Part shown: piece by piece, positions 54,262 to 64,000 of the stretch | Layout: every line of letters begins with the position of its first letter | How positions within the stretch are numbered: position 1 is the stretch's first letter | Source of the DNA: Octopus sinensis | Taxonomy: Eukaryota | Direction: 5' to 3' | Length of the DNA: 64,000 nt | Assembly: GCF_006345805.1 (NCBI RefSeq) | Contig: NC_043001.1 | Location: forward strand, 78,492,001 to 78,556,000 | The notes under the pieces: model-generated | Seen by the model: the letters and a program-made list of their open reading frames with translations, nothing else | What the model was told of the DNA's origin: nothing | Databases searched by the model: none | Position numbers and translations under genes: made by a program

Positions 54262-55015
54262 TTTAATAAGTCATGTGACTGCGGCCATGCTGTAGCACCG
54301 CATTGAGGATTTTAGTCGAACAAATCGACCCTGGGACTTATATGTTTTGTAAAGCCTAGGACTTATTCTATCATTCACTTTTGCGAAACTGCTAAGTTAC
54401 TGGAACACAAACACATCAATACCTATTTCTTTACTACCCACAAGGGGCTAAACACAGAGAGGACAAACAAGGACCGACAAACGGATTAAGTCGATTACAT
54501 CGACCCCAGTGCGTAACTGGTACTTAATTTATCGACCCCCGAAAGGATGAAAGGCAAAGTAGACCTCGGCGGAATTTGAACTCAGAACGTAACGGCATAC
54601 GAAATACCACTAAGCATTTTGCCCGGTGTGATAACGGTTCTGCCAGCTCGCCGCATTCAAACACATCAATACCGATTGTCAAGCTGTAGTGAGGGGACAA
54701 ACACGGACACAAAGGCACACACACAATCACACACACACACATATACGACCGGATCTTTTCAGTTTTCATTTACCAAATCCACTCACATATTTTTGGTCGG
54801 GCCAGGGCTATAATAGAAACAATTGCCCAAGGTGTCACGAAGTGAGGATGATCACGGAACCATGTGGTTGGGCAGCAACCTTCTTACCACACAGTCACGC
54901 CTAGTATTACTGATACTATAGTAGAAAACACTTGTCCAAGGTGTCACGCAGTGGAACTGAACCCGGAACAATGCGGTTGGGAAGCAAGCTTCTTACCACA
55001 AAGCTTCGCCTGCAC
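54262..55015 (-). mobile_element. SINE family B with a duplicated head and a nested SINE A
   Basis: 3' part at 54262-54420, middle at 54658-54810, and two successive heads at about 54815-54900 and 54915-55015 (GGAACCATGTGGTTGGG and GGAACAATGCGGTTGGG). Confidence 0.8.
54424..54657 (-). mobile_element. Young SINE family A with 16-bp TSD
   Basis: Perfect direct repeat CAAACACATCAATACC at 54408-54423 and 54658-54673. Confidence 0.93.
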
Positions 55016-55499
55016 CGCCTGTATGAAAATACCTTTCCCCCACGGAATTTACCATGTTTCTCTGCGGTCTCTTTAGCAACAATTCTTTCGATCTGGCTAT
55101 CAATATACCTGGCTCTTTATAGAAATTATCCTTCAACTTTCTTGCTTCAGTCTTTGTGTCTTTCTTTCAGTCACCCTCTCTATGCCTTTGTCTGTCTCTC
55201 TACTTGCCTCGCACTCTCCCTCAGTTTCCCTCCCTCTGTCTCTCTTAATACTCCGTCGTCTGCTTTCTCACCAATTTTCTCTCTGTCTCCCTCAAAACAA
55301 TCAATTTGTCTGCATATGTTTCTCTGTTGCTCACGTTCCTTCTCTCTCCACCGCTCTTTCTCCTGCCATCTCACACTACCTCTCTCTTACCCTCTCTTCC
55401 CTTCTTTGCCTCCTTGTCGCCGCTGCTGTCATCTTACCCACCTAAACATGTTCACTCAAGCATACAGGTACAGAGAACCCGGTTTAGTCATCACTTCAA

Positions 55500-55687
55500 A
55501 GATACTTCTGTTTTTGTTATTGCTGTTGTCGGCTTGTAGTGTTGTTAGTAACGGCAATGGCCATAATATTAATGGTGGCTGTAGTGGTGGTGGCGGAAAT
55601 GGTGGTGGCAGTGGTGGTGGTAGCAGTAGTAAAGGAGGTGGTAGTAGTGGTATTATTTTATTATTATTATTATTATTATTATTAGTG

Positions 55688-55738
<51 letters not shown>

Positions 55739-56080
55739 ACAACATTAACAATAGTAGTGGTGGTGTGCAATTGGTGGTCGTACCGGTATTGTTGCAGTGG
55801 TTGCATGAAAAATTGCTTTTTGTAGTAGCGTTGTTGTAGTTGTGGTAGGGAAAGTGAAGTTTTCTATATCAGCCTTATTGTTGTAGTGGCAGTAGTATAA
55901 GTGGTAATTATTTTAGGATTGGCTTTGTGGTGATGGCAGTTGATTTGGCGATGGTGGAATAGTGGTTCAAATGTGGTATCATTGAGGAGATATTAATGCA
56001 AATGTAAATTATAATAATGGTGTAGCAGAAGTTGTAGTTGAACTGGTGTTTATTTTAGTAGTGGTGGTGTTGCAGTACAT
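55500..56080. repeat. Cryptic (GGT/AGT/ATT/GTT)n array
   Basis: Seen directly. Similar blocks lie at 61320-62100 and 63200-63960. Confidence 0.85.
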
Positions 56081-56371
56081 GTTGCAGCAGAACCACCTTA
56101 GCGGCATTATGAACTCCCAAATCAAATCAATGCACTCTGCCCTACAATATATATTGAGAGCAAACCACAGCATGAGTATATTGGAATAGGGTTCCTGGAC
56201 CCTAGCGACCCTTCAGCAACAGTACAGTGTGCTTATTCCTTAACATTTTAGGATTTAAACTGGCCATATCCAACCCAAATATTCTCCCGGTTATTTTGTT
56301 CAAACTGACGAGATTCGGCATCCCACACCTACTCTAAAATGTCAATCTGAAAATAAAGTCACCACATCGCA

Positions 56372-57984
56372 GGCGCAGGGGTGGTCGTGTGATTAGGAGC
56401 TTGCTTCCCAACCACATGGTTCCGAGTTCAGTCCCACTGCATGGCACCTTAACAAAGTGTCTTCTACTATAGCCTCTGGTAGACGGAATAGTTATATATA
56501 TATATATATACATATAGGAGATAAATAAAAATATATGCATACATACAAACATATATGTACGTACCTACATCTACATGTATATATACATGCATATATAAAT
56601 AATTATACGGAAGTACAGGACATCACAATAAGACGTAGAAACGGAAAAAGCCAAAAAACAAAAAACAAGAAAACGGAAAACGAAAAACAATTACAGGACA
56701 GGTTACACAAGGACAAAACCCCCGTCATCAGCTGTCGCTAGAGGAGTTCAGGCATGTTTCGAAGGCATAACAGAACACTAATCCAATGGCCTTCGCGAGA
56801 GAATTAAAATAAAATTTCAAGCAGCGGGGCAAATGAGTACGAACACAAACAAGACGTAAAACAATAAGACTGCAAAATTAAAATACATGTACAAAAACAA
56901 ACACAAGAGGACGAAAAAAAAGCCTTTTTTCTGGCATAGACAAACAATAAAACTGCAAAAATAAAATACATGTACAACAAGTACAATTAGTTACAAACGA
57001 GAAAATAACAGAATACTATACAGGAAATTAACCACACAAGGGGACGAACGAAGAAGCCTTTTGCTGGCAAGGACGAAAGTGTAGTAGCAGCGCGTGGAGG
57101 CAGTCTTTTCAATAGTGGTAACCACGTGTAAAGGAATTTTGTTTTATAGGCAAGGAAGAGGGAAGGAGGAGGGGGACACGCGGCGAAGAGAGAGGAGGAG
57201 GGGGAGGGAGAAGATTGAAGAGGTTAAAGCAAAGGGAGAGAAGTACCGCATCTTCAATATATAATATTAATATAAAAAAAGGGGACCAAGAAGTGGATCG
57301 AAACGACGAATCGGAACGAACCTGATGCGGGCGCTGTCAGACAATAAGGAGATAAATAAATATATGCATACATACAAACATATATGTACGTACCTACATC
57401 TATGTATATATACATGCATATATAAATAATTATACGGAAGTACAGGACATCACAATAAGACGTAGAACGGAAAAAGCCAAAAAACAAAAAACAAGAAAAC
57501 GGAAAACGAAAAACAATTACAGGACAGGTTACACAAGGACAAAACCCCCGTCATCAGCTGTCGCTAGAGGAGTCAGGCATGTTTCGAAGGCATAACAGAA
57601 CACTAATCCAATAGGCCTTCCTGCGAGAGAATTAAAATAAAATTTCAAGCAGCGGGGCACAATGAGTACGAACACAACAAGACGTAACAATAAGACTGCA
57701 AAATTAAAATACATGTACAAAACAACACAAGAGGACGAACGAAAAAGCCTTTTTTCTGGCATAGACAACAATAAAACTGCAAAAAAGAAAAATACATTAC
57801 AACAAGTACAATTAGTTACAAAACGAGAAATAACAAGAATACTATACAGGAAATTAACCACACAAGGGGACGAACGAAGAAGCCTTTTGCTGGCAAGGAC
57901 GAAAGTGTAGTAGCAGCGCGTGGAGGCAGTCTTTTCAATAGTGGTAACCACGTGTAAAGGAATTTTGTTTTATAGGCAAGGAGT

Positions 57985-58025
<41 letters not shown>

Positions 58026-58280
58026 CGTGTCTTTTTGTTTGTCCCGCCATCACTGCTTGACAACTGGTGCTGGTGTTTTTGTTGGTGCCTCTAAGTCTCC
58101 ACAACTTAGCGGTTCAGCAAAATTGACCGATAGAACAATTACCAGGCTTAAAGAAGAAAAAAAATGTGAAATGTACTGGAGTCTATTTATTCGACTAAAA
58201 TTCTTCAAGACAGTCCCACCCCCACGCAGCACAGCCGAAGTCTAATGACAGAAGCAAGTAAAAGAATAAAAGAATGAAAG
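56372..58280 (+). mobile_element. SINE family B split at its central microsatellite by a 1.47-kb insertion
   Basis: Head at 56372-56490 (GGCGCAGGGGTGG...GAGTTCAGTCCC). The 3' half resumes at 57983 (TGTG...CTTGACAACTGGTGCTGG...AACTTAGCGGTTCAGCAAAA). Confidence 0.8.
56517..57982 (-). mobile_element. Non-coding direct-repeat element: two repeats of about 640 bp around a 191-bp spacer, each with a hammerhead-like motif
   Basis: 56517-57156 matches 57348-57982 (offset 831). The minus strand of each has CCTTC-GAAAC...CAG-CTGATGA-C-GGGGG. Confidence 0.8.
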
Positions 58281-58342
58281 GCTATTCGAAGTCTCGAAGC
58301 TACCAGGTTATGCATGATTAGTTCAAAATAAATGTGAATAAA

Positions 58343-58512
58343 GGCGCAAGGGTGGGTAGTGTGGTAAGAAGACTGCTTCCCAACCACGTGGGTCCGGATT
58401 CAATTCTACAGCGTAGCACCTCAAGTCACCCAATGCCTTGTGAGTGGATTTGGTAGACGGAAAACGAAAGAAGCCCGTCGAATATATATAATAATATAAT
58501 ATATAATATATA

Positions 58513-58580
<68 letters not shown>

Positions 58581-58815
58581 CATATATCTATGTCAGTGAG
58601 TCTTTGTTTCTGTGTCCCTCAGCCTTTGCGTGACAACCGGTGTCAGTGTGTTTACTTCCTCGTAACCTAATGGTTCGGCGAAAGTGATCGATAGAGTAAT
58701 TAGCAGGCTTAAAAAAAGAAAAGTATTGGGTCAATTCATTCGATTAAAATTCCCCAAGAAGGTGCACCAGCATGGCCGCGGTCTAATATCTGAAACACGC
58801 AAATGATAAGAGATA
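58343..58815 (+). mobile_element. SINE family B, diverged
   Basis: GGCGCAAGGGTGG...GCCTTGTGAGTGGATTTGGTAGACGG...CAGCATGGCCGC. Confidence 0.8.
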
Positions 58816-58900
58816 AACAATCATTAAATTTTGGCAAAATAATCTCAATACCAAAGGGTTAAACTAGTTTGTTAGGAGGTCTATGTCTTATGTCGTAGTC

Positions 58901-59261
58901 CAGGGGTTCTCGACCATTTTTTATCTACTTTGATTACTATTTTATTCTGGTGGATTTCCATATTCATTCGGTGTTTATAGAAACTTCTTTCGAACTTCCT
59001 ATTGTGTTTCCCGCACATTAAGCTGTGTAGGTAGAACTATGTAAAATGTTAGAAAACGAAAGCTAGTTATTTCTTGCAATACATACCTATACATTCATGT
59101 AAAGCAAAACTTTTAGGCACAGGAATGGCTGTGTGGTAAGTAGCTTGCTTACTAACTACATGGTTCTGTGTTCATTACCACTGCGTGACACCTTGCGAAA
59201 GTGTCTTCTTCTATAGCCTCGGGCCGACCAAAGCCTTGTGAGGGGATTTAGTAGACGGAAA

Positions 59262-59317
<56 letters not shown>

Positions 59318-59323
59318 ATGTAT

Positions 59324-59364
<41 letters not shown>

Positions 59365-59557
59365 TGGGGTCGATTTGCTCGGCTAAATGCGTTGCCCCAG
59401 CATGGCCGCAGTCAAGTGACTGAAACAAGTAAAAGAGAGTAAAAAAGGCCCTTAAAATACTCTTGTGGATTCCCAGTTTACTATTTTGTTGTGTGAACCG
59501 CCCGAAAATCTTATATGGATCTTTAGGGATCATATGGACCACGGTTGAGAAATACTG
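58901..59557. mobile_element. hAT (Charlie-like) MITE with nested SINE B
   Basis: TIRs CAGGGGTTCTCGACC and GGTTGAGAAATACTG. The interior is homologous to 33001-33387. The TSD is only 5/8 (TCGTAGTC/TCATTGGC). Confidence 0.7.
59116..59446 (+). mobile_element. SINE family B with internal deletion, nested in hAT MITE
   Basis: GGCACAGGAATGGCTGTGTGGTAAG...GGGCCGACCAAAGCCTTGTGAG...CCTGGGGTCGATTTGCTCG...AAGTAAAAGAG. Confidence 0.85.
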
Positions 59558-60097
59558 TCATTGGCACTTCATCAGTAGCGGAATATTGGCTTAACACCCA
59601 TCAAGTCATCTGTATTATATAAAATCAGCTATCCACAGGACAAATGATATTTAATATAATCATAGTAATGGATTGATAGAATCATTTGTGCATCGAACAA
59701 AACGTCATATAGTATGTCATATAGACCCTTAACCTTCTGACTTTACATCTCGTCGAGGTCATCATACCTTTCAATCTACCAAGATCGATAAAATAAGGTA
59801 CCTACCTTGTACTGTAGTTAGAATGATCGACTAAGCCAATTATGGACAACTCGCGGCCCGTTGATGCATAACGTTTGCAGAAGCTTCTGAACGGCATGCT
59901 TAAACAAAGAATTACCTTGAATTTTTAAAAAGTATGGCCCGACTGATGCTAAACCGATTTTTTTTCACTTCCCGATAAAAAGGTTGCTCATGCACGGACT
60001 AAGACGTTTATGCAAATCTATGGCCCTGCCTCTATGTAAGAACACATACACACACACAAACACACACACATACACAGGCACACACACACAAACACAT

Positions 60098-60128
<31 letters not shown>

Positions 60129-60289
60129 TACGCGCGCGCAATGAAAGATTCACCTACAAGTAATTATAGGGTGGACTTATCGTAAAAGACTCTTATCCAA
60201 AGTGCAACTCAACCGGATTGAACCGGAAAACCACTTGACTGCAGAGAGAGAGCTTCTCAAACGAACGGCAACACTCGAAACTTTGTTGA

Positions 60290-60460
60290 AGAAAGACAGT
60301 CGATTACATCGATCTCAGTACTGAACTGGTACATATATAATCGATCCTGAAAGGATGATCGCAAAAGCAGGTTCGGTAGAATATGAATTTCGAATGTAAA
60401 GACGGGAGAAACGCCGCTAATAACTTTGTTCCGGCGTGGTAACGATTCCGCCAGTTATAA
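60290..60460 (-). mobile_element. SINE family A, old
   Basis: AGTCGATTACATCGA...CTGGTAC...GAAAGGATGA...AACGATTCCGCCAG. A shorter piece lies at 60985-61055. Confidence 0.65.
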
Positions 60461-61138
60461 TAAAGTCACTGATCTCACTGAGGGTTATTGAAAGAATGGT
60501 TATTAATACTGGTCTGGTTGTTTTGGTTTTTTTCTATAGTAGATCCACAAGAAGTGAGTATCGAATTGCTGCTAGTGCTAATGGTATAGTATTGATGATG
60601 TAATGTTTATTGAGGTGATATCAGCGAAAGTAAACGAGTTGCTGGCAAAAATATGCGTGGTCTCTTTAGTGTTGTTACTGTTGTTGTTCTCAATCATGAT
60701 CGATCATGCATATTACAAGTGGCTAGCCATATGTTGAAAAGTCCTTTTTGTTTATGGCTTTGGTGCAGACATATATGTCTGGTTAAGAAGCTCGCTGTGC
60801 AACTGTGTAGATTGCGGTCCAAACCACTGCTTGGCACCTGGCACAACTGTGTACAAATGCAGCCTGGGTCGACAACTAATGACTTGCAACAGAATTGTGT
60901 TTAAGGAAACTGAGTGAAAACCCGTAAAATGTGTATATTTGTATGCACAAACACGCACTAATAACACACACACGCAAACACACAACTGATTCTTAATTTA
61001 TCGCACGAAAAAGGATGAAGGCAAAGTCGACTTAGGCGGAATTTGAACTCAGAACGGAGTATGAATGTATGTATGTAGTATGTTTGTATGCATGTATGTA
61101 TATATAAATAAATAAATAAAATAAATATATATATATAT

Positions 61139-61196
<58 letters not shown>

Positions 61197-61726
61197 TTTG
61201 AAACTTTGATACTTTGATAGTTTCGGCCGGTATTGGCCCAGATCATGTCTAATTGTATAGCACCACCTGGCAAAGTCATTCAGAATATGTGTGTGTGTAA
61301 ATATATCTATATCTTGTAGTCGTGTGTGTGGTAGTGGTAGTGGGGATGATGGTGGTGGTGGTAGTTTTGATTGATGATTGTGTTACTGTAGTTGTTGTTA
61401 GCGGTGGTGCTATTGGAAGTGATAGTGGTCATGGTGATGATAGGACTGGTGGTAACGTTAGCGACAGTGGTAGAATTGCTGCGATGGTAGATGACGCTAT
61501 TGGCGACACACGGCGGCGGCGCGGCTTTGGCGGCGGCAGTGGTGGCGGCGGTGGTGGTGGTGGCGTTGGAGATGGCAGCATTTGTTGTAACGGTCTCTGC
61601 TCTCGTTATTGATGCTTGTTCAATTTTTGGAATGCTATTGATGTAGTTAACGTTTTTGTTGTGTTAATTGTTGTTGTTGTTGTTGCTGCTGTTGTTACTG
61701 CGGCCGCTTTACTTTCCATGCAGCTC

Positions 61727-61774
<48 letters not shown>

Positions 61775-61816
61775 TATATTATTATTATTATCATCGTCGT
61801 CGTCGTCATCATCATC

Positions 61817-61893
<77 letters not shown>

Positions 61894-62699
61894 ATCATCA
61901 TTAATATTATTATTATTATTATTATTATCATTATTATTATTGTTTTTGTTGTCGTTATCGTTGTACTTCTGATGCATACCTGTTGGTCTTAGTTATATTG
62001 TTGTTGTTATGTATGTGTTTTTGATGTCGCTGCTACTGTTGTTATGTGTTGCTACTGTTGGCTTTGTTGTTATTGCTATTTAGCCACACGTCGGTTCTTC
62101 TTGTGCAAACGTACGTTAAAATCTAGAGATTCAGACTCTCCAACAATGATCATCCAGTACATTTTGTGTCCCAGAATTTACATTACTCAATATAAAATTT
62201 AAAACTTAAGATGTACTATTAAAGAAAACGATCGCTGTTATTTTTTAGCTAATCAAGGATTCTAACGGAGCCTCTATAATTATTCTTGTTTTTCTTCTTG
62301 ATTCGTTGTTATTATTGTAATCTAGTCACTCCAGCAATGGCCCTCTCCTTTTTATTTTTCTTAATTCATATCTCATAATCTCATAATCTATATTAGCCAA
62401 TGTCAATTTTAAAACGGTTGATGTCCGGTTTAAGGAAGCTTTGATCTTACTTTTATAGCTTGTCAAGCGACCCCATGGATTCATTGTTATCGTTGTGATC
62501 TAGCGACACTCCAGCAATGACTATCTCGTTTCTCTTATACCCCAGAATCATATTATTCAAATGTAAAATTCCAGCGTGTGTGATTTAAGTGAAAATTCAG
62601 CTCTCATTTTTAGCTGGTCAGACAACCACATGAAACACCTCTCATTGTTTGTTTTGTTGTTGATTTTGCATTAAGTGTTATTAGTTTTGCTGGTACCAT

Positions 62700-63135
62700 A
62701 TTTATATTTTACTTGTTTCAGTTATTACCCTGCGGCAATTCTGGGGCACCACCTTGAGGGATATTAGTCGAGCGAATCGACCCCTGTATCTATTTATTTA
62801 TTATTTATTAAGCCTGGTACTGATTCTGTCTGTGTTTTTTGCCAAACCGCTATGTTGCGATGACGTTAAACACACCAACACCGGTTTCCACGATGTGTTG
62901 GGGATCATGCACAGACACAAAGGCTCACGCAAGCCCTCCCACACAGATACGCATAGAAACACAAACACCAACACACTCTTATGTACCCTACGGGTTTTCT
63001 TCAGTTTCTGTCTACCAAATCCACTTACACTGCTTTATTTGGCCCGAAACTGTAATAGAAAACACTTGCCTAAGGTGTCACACAGTAGGACTGAACCCCG
63101 AAGCAAACTTCTGCCATGCAATCACCCCTGCACTT
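62700..63135 (-). mobile_element. SINE family B, full length, diverged
   Basis: GGGGCACCACC...GCCAAACCGCTATGTT...CAGTTTCTGTCTACCAAATCCAC...AACACTTGCCTAAGGTG. Confidence 0.8.
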
Positions 63136-64000
63136 ATATTGATGCTATACGAATAAATACCGCTAGTCTTATTATGACTATTAATATATACCGAAAGCGA
63201 TTCTAATGACAACTGTTGTCGTTGGTGGTGAAATGTTGGTAGTGGTTGCAGTGATGCTGATGTCGATGGTGCGCCTATTGACGTTGTTGTTTCCATCGTC
63301 GACGTCGCCGACATAGATGATGTTGTTTTTGTACTTCCTTCCACATTTAACGTCAATATATTGATATAAATATCATTGTAAGTTATTTTTTCTGGTTGTC
63401 CCTGAGTTATTATTAATACTCCTGTATTCACATTAATACAATATTTAATACTCCCGTATAAATATTAATACTTTTGAGTTAATATCAATACTCGTCTGTT
63501 AATATTACTCCTACAAGAATTGTTGTTGCTGTTGGTATTGATGGTGCCGTGCTTGTTGCAGTAGTACACTAGTTATTTACACTGTTTTGATGTTAAGGTC
63601 ATTGCTGCTGTAGTTACTGTTGTAGTTGGTGCGGTAGTTGTATTTCTTATTGGTTTTATCGCTTTTATTGATGTTGTAGTTACTGCTCTTGTTGTTGTGA
63701 GTCGTTTTGATATTGATGTTATTGTTGTTGTTGCTTATATTAGTTTCGTTGGACTTGTTGTTATTGATATTGCTGTGGTAGCTATTGTTGTTGCTATAAA
63801 TGTTAATGGTCTTGTTTTGTGATTCTTGTTATTGTTGTTTGTTGTTGGTGGTGGTGGTGATGGTGGCGGTGTTCTTCTTGATTATAGAGTTCTTATTGCC
63901 CTTATTGATATTACGCTTGTTGTTGTTATTGTCGCCGTTGTTGTTGCTGTTGACGTCGTTAAATACACACACAAATAAACAGCCGTGATGTACATACACA

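Noticed and set aside
54932-55825. 297-aa ORF with a Gly-rich and hydrophobic tail
   Set aside because: It is a concatenation of a SINE head, a CT tract and (GGT/ATT/AGT)n repeats.
57529-57951. 140-aa minus-strand ORF in the direct-repeat element
   Set aside because: The frame is not preserved in the twin repeat, and its composition reflects T-rich sequence.

Overview
AT-rich, microsatellite-saturated animal DNA with one 100-N scaffold gap (6139-6238). The repeat families look like those of a coleoid cephalopod, most likely Octopus; this is recognition from memory, not a database search. No host protein-coding gene, rRNA, true tRNA gene or CRISPR array can be supported. Nearly all ORFs in the supplied track are artefacts of (TA)n, (TACA)n, (GATA)n, (AAT)n and (GAT)n tracts. 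The recognisable content is transposon-derived. It includes several tRNA-headed SINE families, many nested with clear target-site duplications (TSDs), and decayed coding fragments of Penelope-like elements (PLE; RT C-terminus and GIY-YIG). It also includes RLE-type R4/Dong-like LINEs, a CRE-clade RT, hAT and Tigger/pogo transposases, mariner, hAT and Merlin-like MITEs, and a probable Helentron-type non-autonomous element. The most striking unexplained layer is about ten hammerhead-ribozyme (HHR)-like motifs from at least six unrelated sequence families, several with non-canonical cores. They sit at the ends of PLE-type elements, including a 1-kb fold-back element with a Pol III-type head, a PLE with inverted termini and an 831-bp-period direct-repeat element. 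Other oddities are a circularly permuted LINE fragment, a 55-bp double-hairpin minisatellite, an (AAT)n-stacked retroelement tail and three weak candidate host exons. Coordinates of degenerate repeats are approximate.
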